Origin: a bacterium
Lineage (GTDB): Bacteria > UBA10199 > 2-02-FULL-50-16 > JAJFLM01
Assembly: GCA_965216315.1 (NCBI GenBank)
Contig: CBDCFN010000016.1
Span: 64,001 to 128,000, forward strand
Direction of reading: 5' to 3'
Length of the DNA: 64,000 bases
Shown here one piece after another: positions 39,975 to 49,022 of this stretch. Both the position numbers and the translations under genes were made by a program. The notes under the pieces were generated by a model. The model was not told the DNA's origin and did not search any database. It saw only the letters and a list, made by a program, of their open reading frames with translations. Numbering within the stretch: position 1 is the first letter of the stretch; each line of letters begins with the position of its first letter.

Positions 39975-40772
39975 TTAGGCCAGCACGGTCGAGCGAACGA
40001 GGTCGCGCTTGCTGCGCGTGCGGTCTTTGGCAGCCTCAATCAATGGGCGTGCGCTTTCAAACAGGTACGTCCCGTCATTCATAGTCGAAAAATGGTCATG
40101 GGCGCGGTCGTAGGTCTCCGCCGTACGGTGACTCGGGCCGTCGGCAAGAAAGAGCAGGTCGGCGCTTGTCTCCAGCAGACTTGCGTAGCTGCCGCGTTGC
40201 TGGAGGTCGGGCTCGTGCGGCGGCCAACATAAGTAACTGCGCAGGGAGAGTTGGGTTCCCGCTAAGGCGCGCTCGCTCTGTCCGAGCCGCCAGGCATTGT
40301 ATGAAAATTCTAACATGGCTTTGGCCGCGTTGAGAATCACTCCCGCCTGCCGCCAGATGGCCGCCTCGTCGCGCGCTTTTTGTTCCGCTTCCAGCAGTGA
40401 TGCCGTGGCCGGTTCGATTGCATTACTCTTTAAATAATGAAACACACTTTGTATCGCTATCTGGGTGGCGCGTTCTTCATTTCGCGCGGCTTCAATCAGC
40501 TGGCTGAGTTCCTGCTGATAGCGGCTGACTTGAAAAGGGCGGGCGATCGTGAACCGCAGCGCTTGAAAGCCCCGTGCCAACATACCGGGCATGCGGGAAC
40601 GAAAACGTCTAATACGAAGGATGGGGGGCCTTGAGGCCGGATCGACAAAGTCAGGTTGCAATGGCCGTTGTGTTCCGAAGTCGCGCCAGGGCTGAGACGC
40701 ACTGTGCAGGCACCAGTTGGGTAGCCGGGCCGCGGTCATCGCGGCGGGAATCTGGAGGACGAGGGCGCTCAT
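39975..40772 (-). CDS. Hypothetical protein
   Basis: 265-aa ORF with the CAAC-N16-CGATAC motif directly upstream. Confidence 0.65.
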   Translation of the reverse strand: MSALVLQIPAAMTAARLPNWCLHSASQPWRDFGTQRPLQPDFVDPASRPPILRIRRFRSRMPGMLARGFQALRFTIARPFQVSRYQQELSQLIEAARNEERATQIAIQSVFHYLKSNAIEPATASLLEAEQKARDEAAIWRQAGVILNAAKAMLEFSYNAWRLGQSERALAGTQLSLRSYLCWPPHEPDLQQRGSYASLLETSADLLFLADGPSHRTAETYDRAHDHFSTMNDGTYLFESARPLIEAAKDRTRSKRDLVRSTVLA

Positions 40773-40785
40773 GATAGGCCCGGTA

Positions 40786-41057
40786 TCGAAGCAGAAAGCG
40801 ATGAGTTGTGGCTTTTTTGTTTAGGGGTCGTGTGAGGCCTCGGCCCCAATGAAACGGAGCAGGCTGCGCGCGACGCCCGTATTTTTGACCGCAATAAGTA
40901 CCTGTTGTTATGGAAAACTGATGAAAGTGATTATCTGTTAACACGAGTCAACAGATAAGATCTTCGTTCACAGCTGTGAACAGATATTCCCGATTAAATG
41001 CAACTACCAGTTGTCTTAAACTGACATCGACGCGCAACTCTCATGACAATAGTCCGA
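40786..41057. promoter_or_regulatory. Divergent control region with two palindromes and four CAAC promoter-like sites
   Basis: Palindromes GTTAAC-ACGA-GTCAAC 40937-40952 and GTTCAC-AGCT-GTGAAC 40966-40981; consensus promoters minus 40808-40786 and plus 41035-41057; palindrome-linked CAAC at 40907 (gap 29) and 41001 (gap 19) with imperfect -10. Confidence 0.7.
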
Positions 41058-41077
41058 TAATACTGTGAACACTGGAA

Positions 41078-41926
41078 ATGATTATGCCGACTAAACAAAC
41101 ACAGCTATCGATTATTAATTATTTAGACTACCGACAGTTTTTATGCGATTGGTATGCGGCAGCTAAGAAGCAATATGGTTTTTCCTATCGGGTATTCTCG
41201 AGGAGAGCGGGCTTTAATTCACCCGCCGTGTTTAAGCAGGTGGCCGAGGGTGACCGGGGCCTGACGGAAAAGAGCTTGCCTAAATTTGCCAAGGGACTTG
41301 GTCTTAATGCTGAGGATAAGAAGTACTTTTATCTGCTGGTAAAATTTAATCAGGCCAAAAGCCACGAGAAGAAAAACACCTATTATCAAAAACTTATCCG
41401 TACGCGACAGTATCGGGAACTCAAACCGGTTGCTGAGGATCAGTACGAATACTATTCGACTTGGTATCATGCGGTTGTCCGCGAGCTTGTCGTTACCAAG
41501 GAATTTGACGGCAACCCGGAATGGGTCGCAAAGCGAGTGACGCCGCGGCTGACGATCGAACAGGTTCAACATTCGATAAATCTATTGGAGAGGCTTGGCT
41601 TTATCGCGAGGAATGAAAGTGAGGCCGGACCACTATGGTTGCAGGCGAGTCCGGTAGTCAGCTCCGGTGCCGAAGTGGCGTCGATTCCCCTGTTTAATTA
41701 TCATCGTTCCGTCTTGGATCTGGTTAAAAATCAGATGACGACAGTGGCTTGGCAAAACCGGGATGTGAGTACGTTAACCATCGGGATGGTCAAGGAACGT
41801 TTGCCTGAACTGAAGAAGAAAATCCAAGAATTCAGGCGCGAGATTATTCAAATGGTCTCTTCCGATCGCGATACGGAAGAGGTCTTTGTCCTGTCCATGC
41901 AGCTTTTACCCGTCACCGAAATGTAG
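41078..41926 (+). CDS. TIGR02147 family (DUF4423) HTH-containing protein
   Basis: IINYLDYRQFLCDW, FSYRVFSRRAGFNSP, YYSTWYHAVVREL, RDVSTLTIG; paralog of 33715-34599. Confidence 0.9.
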   Translation: MIMPTKQTQLSIINYLDYRQFLCDWYAAAKKQYGFSYRVFSRRAGFNSPAVFKQVAEGDRGLTEKSLPKFAKGLGLNAEDKKYFYLLVKFNQAKSHEKKNTYYQKLIRTRQYRELKPVAEDQYEYYSTWYHAVVRELVVTKEFDGNPEWVAKRVTPRLTIEQVQHSINLLERLGFIARNESEAGPLWLQASPVVSSGAEVASIPLFNYHRSVLDLVKNQMTTVAWQNRDVSTLTIGMVKERLPELKKKIQEFRREIIQMVSSDRDTEEVFVLSMQLLPVTEM

Positions 41927-41942
41927 CGCAAAGGAAATGATT

Positions 41943-42650
41943 ATGATGAAACAAAAGAGTTGGCTTTTAGTGATTCTATTGACTGCATGTTTGGGTACAG
42001 CCTGTCAGCAAGGTACGGCTAACCTGCAGGGACCGTCTTGGCAGGACGAAGCCCAGGAAGGCCTGCTTCCGGAGGGGGGCGAAGATTTGCAGGAGGGGGT
42101 CAGTGAAGCCGGCAATCCGCAACAATTAAGACCGGTGATAGGCGTAGTCATCAACGAGGATCCTGATGTCGTAGCTTGTGGCGCCGATATCGTTATCGCG
42201 ACGACTAAAAAAGGCGAATCGGTTGAGTTTGCGGTAGGGGCCGACTGTGATTTTTTCAAAGAACTTGGAGTCGGGGAAGAATATAGCCTAGCCTTGATCA
42301 AAGACGAGCAAGCCTTGCCGGAAGTCATGTTCAAGGATATGGAGTCGGGCGAGCTCAGTAAGTATTTCTTGCTCCCAAGCGGTGAGGGGCCTTTTGATCT
42401 GGGGATCATCGTTGTTGCTCTTGAGATAATGCCGATTGAAATTTATCCGAACTATGTTGAATCATCTGAGAATGCAGAGGCATCGACTCATGAAACAGTG
42501 GCGGATAGTGAGCAGCTATTCTCAGATAAGTATAGGATTGATCTTCCGGGACCTGATTTAGAGAAACCGACGTCGGCAGATAAGGCCCCTCCGCAGGCAC
42601 CATCGTTGCCGCCCATTAAGATCATGCGCCACCTACATCATAGCTTCTAG
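41943..42650 (+). CDS. Lipoprotein, partner of the TIGR02147 protein
   Basis: MMKQKSWLLVILLTACLGTAC lipobox; paralog of 33074-33718. Confidence 0.8.
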   Translation: MMKQKSWLLVILLTACLGTACQQGTANLQGPSWQDEAQEGLLPEGGEDLQEGVSEAGNPQQLRPVIGVVINEDPDVVACGADIVIATTKKGESVEFAVGADCDFFKELGVGEEYSLALIKDEQALPEVMFKDMESGELSKYFLLPSGEGPFDLGIIVVALEIMPIEIYPNYVESSENAEASTHETVADSEQLFSDKYRIDLPGPDLEKPTSADKAPPQAPSLPPIKIMRHLHHSF

Positions 42651-42664
42651 TCTCTTCTTTACGC

Positions 42665-42723
42665 GTTCACACCCGCGAACAGATAATGACGTCATTCAAC
42701 AACATTCGTTTTCACATTGTCGA
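42665..42723 (+). promoter_or_regulatory. Composite palindrome + CAAC-N17-CGATTA promoter
   Basis: GTTCAC-ACCC-GCGAAC 42665-42680, gap 19, CAAC 42700-42703, CGA 42721-42723. Confidence 0.6.
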
Positions 42724-42802
42724 TTACATAGTAATCGTAATATTTGCGGCAGATCTGAATGTGCTCATGACAACATTTATATGGCGGAGGTTTTTTTTGA
42801 AG

Positions 42803-44161
42803 ATGAAAAATTTACTAGTTGCTCTCGGGATATGTCTTTTCACCTTATCAGCGCCGTCTATACATGCCGGACCGTTTTTGTACGTCACAAACTCAGCTGA
42901 TGATACGGTATCAGTTATCGATACGGCAATCAACGAAGTTGTCGGAGATACGATTTCTGTAGGGAATATACCTGATAAAATTGCCGTCACGCCTGATGGT
43001 AGCCGCGTGTATGTTACCAATTATGGTGACGATACGGTTACAGTTATTGATACAGAGACAAATCAGGTTGTTGGTAATCCCATTGCCGTCGGTAATGGAC
43101 CCGAAGGTATCGAAGTCGGCCCTGATGGCAATTTTGTTTATGTCGCGAATAGTTTGGCGGGGAGCCTGTCGGTGATAGATGTGAGCACCAACAAGGTGAT
43201 TGCAGAGCCGACGGTTGGGGCATCGTCTTGGGAACTTGCCTTAAGTTCCGATGGCAATTTTGTTTATGTCACAAATTATGCGGATGACTCGGTGACGGTC
43301 ATAGATGCTGCCACTAACCAAGTTGTGGGCACTCCAATTGCATCGGGAGAGGCGGATTATGCCATAGGATCTCATCCTGACAGCAATTTCGTTTATGTAG
43401 CGCATAACCAAAACAATACGGTTTCAGCGATCGATACCTCCCTCAATCAGGTCATTGCAGGTCCGATTCCGGTTGGAACGGAGCCCTGGAGCCTGGCACT
43501 GAGTCCCGATGGAAAATACGTTTATGTTGGTTATTTTGGGGGTGGAATCCTTTCTATTATCGATACACAAAATAACGAGCTCCTTGGAGACTCAATAGTG
43601 TTGGGGACGGACATCACGGCCGATCAATTAGTATTCTCTGCCGATGGAAGTCGCTTGTATGCTGTGTCAAGAACGGGTGGAAGTGTTTATGTGATAGATG
43701 CGGAATCTAATGAAGTTATCGGTAGTCCGATTCAGGTAGGTGGCAGTGCAGTAGGGATCGCTATTACACCACCACTCCAAGCCCTTAGTTCCGTGGCGGA
43801 ACTCAATTTTCCGGCGACAGCGATAGGCGAGACCAGCACCGCTCAGAATGTTGAAATCTATTTTGAAGTGGGTGTCGGCGCGTTGAGCTTTGGTGAGACT
43901 CAAGTCACAGGGCCGTTCAAGATTGCCGATACAAGCTGTGCTGAAACGATTTCACTGCAACGCAATGAAACCTGTTCTATTAGTGTCGTTGCTGAACGGA
44001 CCGAAAATAGCGCGCAAGCAGGTATGCTGAAGGTAACGACTCATGATGATAGTGGCACAGTTCTTAATATTGCATTAAGCACCCCTGAAATCGTCGTGCC
44101 CTCCGATGGCGGTGATGGTGCAGGTAATCCCTCCGCAGGTGGATGCAGCTTATTAAGATAA
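42803..44161 (+). CDS. Secreted YVTN beta-propeller repeat protein with C-terminal Ig-like domain
   Basis: Signal peptide; about 7 repeats YVTN..DDTVSVIDT; ends AGGCSLLR. Confidence 0.9.
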   Translation: MKNLLVALGICLFTLSAPSIHAGPFLYVTNSADDTVSVIDTAINEVVGDTISVGNIPDKIAVTPDGSRVYVTNYGDDTVTVIDTETNQVVGNPIAVGNGPEGIEVGPDGNFVYVANSLAGSLSVIDVSTNKVIAEPTVGASSWELALSSDGNFVYVTNYADDSVTVIDAATNQVVGTPIASGEADYAIGSHPDSNFVYVAHNQNNTVSAIDTSLNQVIAGPIPVGTEPWSLALSPDGKYVYVGYFGGGILSIIDTQNNELLGDSIVLGTDITADQLVFSADGSRLYAVSRTGGSVYVIDAESNEVIGSPIQVGGSAVGIAITPPLQALSSVAELNFPATAIGETSTAQNVEIYFEVGVGALSFGETQVTGPFKIADTSCAETISLQRNETCSISVVAERTENSAQAGMLKVTTHDDSGTVLNIALSTPEIVVPSDGGDGAGNPSAGGCSLLR

Positions 44162-44194
44162 TAAAGTAGTTACATCTAGGGTATTGTTCCAGCT

Positions 44195-45109
44195 ATGAAG
44201 TTCTATCGCACTCCGGATTCTTGCTTTACCGACCTCAAGGACTATCCATTCACTCCCCATTACACGGACGTTCATTCGTTGCGCATGCACTATGTTGACG
44301 AAGGTCCCGAGGCGGCCGATCCGGTTCTCATGCTGCATGGCGAGCCGTCATGGTCTTATCTCTATCGTCATATGATACCCGTGTGTGCCGCTGCGGGTCA
44401 CCGCGTGATCGCGCCCGATCTTATCGGATTCGGCAGGTCGGACAAACCACGAAGACTTGGTGATTATAGCTATAAGAATCACGTCGACTGGATTGCCGGC
44501 TTTATTCAATCGCTTGACCTCAATAACATCACTTTGGTTTGCCAGGACTGGGGATCGCTGATCGGTTTGCGTGTTGCCGCTGAGAATGAAGCCCGCTTCG
44601 CCCGTATTGTCGTCGGTAACGGTGCGCTGCCTACGGGAAAGGGGCGCAATCGCCTGCCACTAGCCTTTACTTTATGGAAAACCTTCGCTCGCTGGAGTCC
44701 TTGGTTCCCGATCGATCGCATCATGATGATTGGAACCTCGAGATCCCTCGATGCTGACGAGCGGCGTGCCTACCGTGCGCCCTTTCCTGCAACTAAATAT
44801 AAAGTGGCAACACGCGCCTTCCCGAGACTCGTACCGGTGTCAACAAAAGATCCCGCCCATCGGGCTAATGAAGCCGCTTGGGAGAGGCTGTGCCGATGGA
44901 ACAAACCTTTTTTGACGGCGTTCAGCGATGGAGATCCGATTTTTAAGGGAAAGGATAAATACTTGCAGCGTCACATCCCCGGAGCCCGTAGTCAGAAGCA
45001 TGTCACTTTAAAAGGAGGGCACTTCTTGCAGGAAGATTCGGGAGTCGAGTTTGCAAACGTCATTAATGATTTCATCGCTGCCACCTCCATGAACTCAAGC
45101 AATGCCTGA
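44195..45109 (+). CDS. Haloalkane dehalogenase (HLD-I / DhmA-like)
   Basis: RTPD, LHGEPSWSYLYR, PDLIGFGRSDKP, nucleophile QDWG, catalytic His in GGHFLQED. Confidence 0.93.
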   Translation: MKFYRTPDSCFTDLKDYPFTPHYTDVHSLRMHYVDEGPEAADPVLMLHGEPSWSYLYRHMIPVCAAAGHRVIAPDLIGFGRSDKPRRLGDYSYKNHVDWIAGFIQSLDLNNITLVCQDWGSLIGLRVAAENEARFARIVVGNGALPTGKGRNRLPLAFTLWKTFARWSPWFPIDRIMMIGTSRSLDADERRAYRAPFPATKYKVATRAFPRLVPVSTKDPAHRANEAAWERLCRWNKPFLTAFSDGDPIFKGKDKYLQRHIPGARSQKHVTLKGGHFLQEDSGVEFANVINDFIAATSMNSSNA

Positions 45110-45142
45110 TGCCTGATGCTTGAATGCAGCATTCGGTCTGTC

Positions 45143-45201
45143 GTTCACGGCTGAGAACAGATAATGCTTTCTTAGCACAACATGCTCTTTACCTGTGACG
45201 A
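45143..45201 (+). promoter_or_regulatory. Composite palindrome + CAAC-N17-CGACAA promoter
   Basis: GTTCAC-GGCT-GAGAAC 45143-45158, gap 19, CAAC 45178-45181, CGA 45199-45201. Confidence 0.6.
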
Positions 45202-45209
45202 CAAGTTTA

Positions 45210-45322
45210 TAGTTTGATGATGGTGTTCCTAGCACTACTAGTTCGACGGAAACGCTTGCGCGCCCGTTCGAACTAACCATACCGCATCCGGGACGGGGCT
45301 CCGTTAGCCCCGTCCCGTTATT
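45210..45322 (+). ncRNA. Candidate small RNA (or mRNA for the 19-aa peptide at 45217-45276)
   Basis: Lies between the composite promoter and a strong hairpin; contains stem TAGTTCGACGG...CCGTTCGAACTA; ends are estimated. Confidence 0.4.
45289..45317 (+). terminator. GC-rich hairpin, likely intrinsic (possibly bidirectional) terminator
   Basis: CGGGACGGGGCT-CCGTT-AGCCCCGTCCCG (12-bp perfect stem) followed by TTATT, between convergent units. Confidence 0.7.
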
Positions 45323-45348
45323 AATGAACTATTGTCTTGGTACCGACA

Positions 45349-46467
45349 TCAAGACCAGGTGAATTTTTGGAGTGCCGCTTCGAAACGATCGCGTCGGGGA
45401 TGGCTAGCGAGATCTTGTTTGAGCTGTTTCTGAAAGAGCAGCAGTAATTCTTTGATTGCTTTATCGCGCTCTGGGTTGGTCGTTTTGAGATAGATTGGGA
45501 GGCTGGCGATAAAACCGTCGTAGGCGTTGTCGCGCGCGAGGCGGATCCCGCTCAAGAATGAGTCCAGGGCGTAATCGACATCGAGCTGCTGTTGTAAATC
45601 GGGAGGAGCGTCGTGATAACAGCGCTCGAACGCGTCGTACATAAAGAGTGCATCCGCGCGTTCCTCCTCACTGAAGAGGCCCCAACGATAGGCATGGTCG
45701 ATATCGTGATAGGCGGCCTGGAGCGGATGCGCATAACTCTGATGGAAGCGTTGGGGGCTGCAGGCTAGAAGCAGGCAGCGGCGGGCCGGTGTGTCCTCGA
45801 GCATGTCGCGCAAATCAGGCAAGGTGCTGATGCGGGCCGTCAGTTGGAGTTCGAGCGGTGACGCGATGTTGAGGGTTTGCAAGAGCCCGACGAGTAGGGC
45901 GAGGGGCGGCAGGCGGTGGATGCGCGTGCCCTCCGGAAAGAAGAATTCCTGGAGTCCTGCACCGGCGGGATGGCCGACCCCTAAGTTTCTTAAGTTGTTG
46001 GTCGCCGCGGCTTTGGCAGCACTCAAATACAAGACGCGTTGACTTTGTTTGTGGCGAACGGTGACAAAATCGCCGGGTTCATTCGCGAGCACCAGTTCAT
46101 GCATTTCCAAGGCGCCGCCGGCCGGGAAATCGGTTAGCCATCGTTCTACGACGGGCGGACGCTCGGAGATCGCGTCGAGCGGGACCGTGCGGATCTCGTC
46201 GAGAAAATTATGGGGCTGACCCGCTTTGTCTTCGTAGCCCTGCTGTAATTCAGTCGCGAGTGAAGTGCGGAGACTGTTCATCAGAGTGTCAGCCGCCTGA
46301 AATACCGTTACCCGCTGTTGCAAGGCGAGTCGTATCCTCTGTTGGCTCTGTTGTTGACCGTTACGCTGAACGACCGAATTTGCCTGGTTGAGATTGCTGA
46401 GCGTCGTCTGCAAAAAGGCGTAGTTCGCCGGCGTCAAGGCCGTCAATGTTGAGGGGAGTGAAACCAT
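45349..46467 (-). CDS. Hypothetical protein with uncharged S/T/L/N-rich N-terminus
   Basis: 372-aa ORF; contains YHDIDHAY (HxxxH-like) near the C-terminus. Confidence 0.7.
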   Translation of the reverse strand: MVSLPSTLTALTPANYAFLQTTLSNLNQANSVVQRNGQQQSQQRIRLALQQRVTVFQAADTLMNSLRTSLATELQQGYEDKAGQPHNFLDEIRTVPLDAISERPPVVERWLTDFPAGGALEMHELVLANEPGDFVTVRHKQSQRVLYLSAAKAAATNNLRNLGVGHPAGAGLQEFFFPEGTRIHRLPPLALLVGLLQTLNIASPLELQLTARISTLPDLRDMLEDTPARRCLLLACSPQRFHQSYAHPLQAAYHDIDHAYRWGLFSEEERADALFMYDAFERCYHDAPPDLQQQLDVDYALDSFLSGIRLARDNAYDGFIASLPIYLKTTNPERDKAIKELLLLFQKQLKQDLASHPRRDRFEAALQKFTWS

Positions 46468-46476
46468 GCTGTCTTG

Positions 46477-46534
46477 TCGGGGACGCTGGACGAATGTTGT
46501 CGTTTAGCTCCAGAAAGTGTTGACGCGAGTAAGC
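46477..46534 (-). promoter_or_regulatory. Composite palindrome + CAAC-N16-CGACAA promoter
   Basis: GTTGAC-GCGA-GTAAGC 46519-46534, gap 19, CAAC 46499-46496, CGA 46479-46477. Confidence 0.65.
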
Positions 46535-46600
46535 GGCGTTTCAGCTGATGGCACCGATCCTCACAGCTTTGGGAGCCGTTCACGTGAATAAGCCCTCTTG

Positions 46601-46650
46601 TTATTAACGTTAAATCAAGTTGACGTTAATAAAAATATCCCTTATTAACA
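46601..46650. repeat. Inverted repeat / probable operator upstream of the Fic gene
   Basis: TTATTAACGT-N12-ACGTTAATAA plus a third half-site TTATTAACA at 46642-46650. Confidence 0.65.
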
Positions 46651-46659
46651 TTTCAGGAC

Positions 46660-47811
46660 ATGAAACCGGATCAATTCAAAGGCAGCACGGCGGGGAATTG
46701 TATTCTAACAGACCGAGACTATTGGGCTTTTATCCCTAACCCCCTTCCGCCCCCGATCGAGATCGATTGGCGGCTGGCTGACGTCTTATCGGAGGCGGAT
46801 CGGGCCTTGAGTGAACTGTCCGGAGTGGGCCGCTTGCTACCGAATCCCTACCTGTTGATTAATCCCTACGTCCGGAAGGAGGCGGTCTTGAGCTCCCGGA
46901 TCGAGGGGACGCAGGCGAGCTTAAGCGATCTCTTTTATTTCGAAGCGGAGGAGCCGGAGTCCCCGTCGGTTCCCGATGTCCGCGAAGTCCATAATTACGT
47001 CTTGGCTATGAACCACGGCCTCGAGCGCCTCAAGACACTACCGATCAGCAACCGCCTCGTACGAGAGATCCATGCCGTCTTGATGGAAGGGGTCCGAGGC
47101 GGAGCGGCCACGCCGGGAGAATTTCGGCGTTCCCAAAACTGGATCGGACCTCCCGGCTGTACCTTAAAGGAGGCCACGTTTGTGCCGCCCCCGCCGACTG
47201 AAATGAATCAGGCTTTAACGGAGTGGGAAAAGTTTTTACATGCACCCACCGAACTGCCCCCGCTGATTGTGTGCGCGCTCATGCACTATCAGTTCGAGGC
47301 GATCCATCCCTTTCTGGATGGCAATGGGCGGGTGGGGCGGCTGCTGATCACCTTCTTCTTGTGCGAGCGTAATCATCTTTCGGAGCCGTTGCTCTATCTG
47401 TCGGATTATTTTGAAAGGACTCGATCCGATTACTATCGTCATTTACTTGAGGTCAGTCAGTCGGGCACATGGCGCGCCTGGCTGGAGTATTTTCTAAAAG
47501 GCGTTGCGCTTCAGGCCAAGGATGCCTGTGAAACCGCGACCCGCCTGATGGACCTACATCAGAAGTATCGTACTCAGGTGGGAACAAAACGCGTTCCTGC
47601 GGCGGCCTATCAGCTGGTCGATCAAATTTTTATTACCCCCGTTCTTTCTATCGCGAAGCTCGCTCGTGAATGGAAGATGTCTTATCCCAAGGTGACCCGT
47701 GGCATAGAACGACTTGTCAAAATAGGAATACTCAAAGAAGTGACGGGACAACGTCGCAACCGTCTCTTTGCGGCCGATCAACTGATCCGACTTTTGACCC
47801 GTGAAAAATAA
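46660..47811 (+). CDS. Fic family protein (Fic_N/DUF4172 + Fic + wHTH)
   Basis: HPFLDGNGRVGR active-site motif; inhibitory motif SSRIEG. Confidence 0.95.
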   Translation: MKPDQFKGSTAGNCILTDRDYWAFIPNPLPPPIEIDWRLADVLSEADRALSELSGVGRLLPNPYLLINPYVRKEAVLSSRIEGTQASLSDLFYFEAEEPESPSVPDVREVHNYVLAMNHGLERLKTLPISNRLVREIHAVLMEGVRGGAATPGEFRRSQNWIGPPGCTLKEATFVPPPPTEMNQALTEWEKFLHAPTELPPLIVCALMHYQFEAIHPFLDGNGRVGRLLITFFLCERNHLSEPLLYLSDYFERTRSDYYRHLLEVSQSGTWRAWLEYFLKGVALQAKDACETATRLMDLHQKYRTQVGTKRVPAAAYQLVDQIFITPVLSIAKLAREWKMSYPKVTRGIERLVKIGILKEVTGQRRNRLFAADQLIRLLTREK

Positions 47812-47814
47812 GGT

Positions 47815-47872
47815 GTTCACAACTGTAAACACTTTTCGCGCCGTTTTCACAACTTATGCTGATACATTTCGA
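47815..47872 (+). promoter_or_regulatory. Composite palindrome + CAAC-N16-CGAAAA promoter
   Basis: GTTCAC-AACT-GTAAAC 47815-47830, gap 19, CAAC 47850-47853, CGA 47870-47872. Confidence 0.7.
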
Positions 47873-47953
47873 AAAGCCGTAAGGATTCGGAGATGGATCC
47901 GAGTTGTGCCGTGACGATTTTCGCATCATTTGGTGAAGAAAAGAGTCGGAACC

Positions 47954-48991
47954 ATGTCATTTATCGCCAGCATCCCGATATCGGGGTATCTAAACAGCTT
48001 TCAGGTATTGCCGGATGCCGGGCAGATGGTCGTTCCGATCGTCTACGGTAGCCTCGGGCGTCCGTCGGCGGTCACCGTTAAAGCGGAGGTACTGACCTCG
48101 GAAAATGTCGATCGCTTCGCGGAGGCGGCTAGAGCATTGTTGCAAGGTCGAAAATCTCCGGGGCCGGTGCTATCAGAGGGTTGGGACATCCAGCGGGATC
48201 CTCTCGATGATCTCCTGGGTCGCAAGCGTATTCACGTCATCGAGCAGGTTGTGGGCTCGGGACCTTGGAAAGAGATTCAACTCACGGAGTCTGGTTCGAC
48301 CGATGAGGTTGGGCTTGTCGTGAATGTCAGCCAGCACCGAAACTCTCGTTCGGTTACGATGGGCATGGATATAGGCCGGGCCCGTAGACCTGCTTCTCTT
48401 GATGACTGGATTCTCACCAACGACTTTGCGATGCGATTGGAGGGACTTGCCGTTCGCGGGCTTAAGGAGTACGTCGGCCTATTGCCGGAGCACCGCGTGG
48501 ATCTCGTCTGTCATGTCTTCTTCAAGAGCCTGGGGTTGATGCTCGATGAGGAGGAATTCGAGGATGACTCACTTCCCCCACGCTTGAGAGAACTATTTGA
48601 AACGATGAAGCAGGTGAAACCTTCGCGGGAAAGAATGTATGAGCAGGCCGTGGAGATATTCGGTGAGGAAGAAGCGAAAAAGATCATGAATCGAGAGCCG
48701 AGGCAGGGGACGTCACGGGATGTCTACGTCCAATCGCATATCAGAGATCTCGGGCCGGGTGAGACATGCTCCTTTGACTATCGTGTCGAGAAAGAAAGTC
48801 TCGGTTTTACGGAGGAAGTCGCGATTTATTTTTTTTCATCAAGTCATCACTTTCCCTGGCCGCTCCCCACGTCGGTCCGCCCGATGTGGGACTGGTTGCT
48901 CTCGGATCGCTCCGAACCGGACGAAAATATGCGTCAAAAATATTATGAAATGACAGAGCGGACCTACGGCCATCTAAAACTCCGTAGTTGA
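47954..48991 (+). CDS. Hypothetical protein
   Basis: 345-aa ORF starting [10 protein letters not shown]; no motif recognised. Confidence 0.7.
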   Translation: MSFIASIPISGYLNSFQVLPDAGQMVVPIVYGSLGRPSAVTVKAEVLTSENVDRFAEAARALLQGRKSPGPVLSEGWDIQRDPLDDLLGRKRIHVIEQVVGSGPWKEIQLTESGSTDEVGLVVNVSQHRNSRSVTMGMDIGRARRPASLDDWILTNDFAMRLEGLAVRGLKEYVGLLPEHRVDLVCHVFFKSLGLMLDEEEFEDDSLPPRLRELFETMKQVKPSRERMYEQAVEIFGEEEAKKIMNREPRQGTSRDVYVQSHIRDLGPGETCSFDYRVEKESLGFTEEVAIYFFSSSHHFPWPLPTSVRPMWDWLLSDRSEPDENMRQKYYEMTERTYGHLKLRS

Positions 48992-49022
48992 ACCTTCGCA
49001 TTCATACCGCTATCTTGAGTGT

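Noticed and set aside
45095..45280. 61-aa minus-strand ORF from the ORF track
   Set aside because: No SD or promoter, starts just past a terminator-like hairpin, and is antisense to the better-supported plus-strand unit.
30534..47830. Palindrome interpreted as a LexA/SOS box (its core spacing resembles the Geobacter GGTT-N2-C-N4-G-N3-ACC box)
   Set aside because: The sites lie upstream of, not over, the promoter at helically phased distances, which suits an activator. They lack the outer G/C, and I did not see them before polA or ogt. Disfavoured but not excluded.
27439..47830. Palindromes as integron attC or Xer/dif recombination sites
   Set aside because: No integrase in the window, genes are in mixed orientation, and there is no long attC stem or 11-6-11 dif layout; the fixed link to a promoter motif explains them better.
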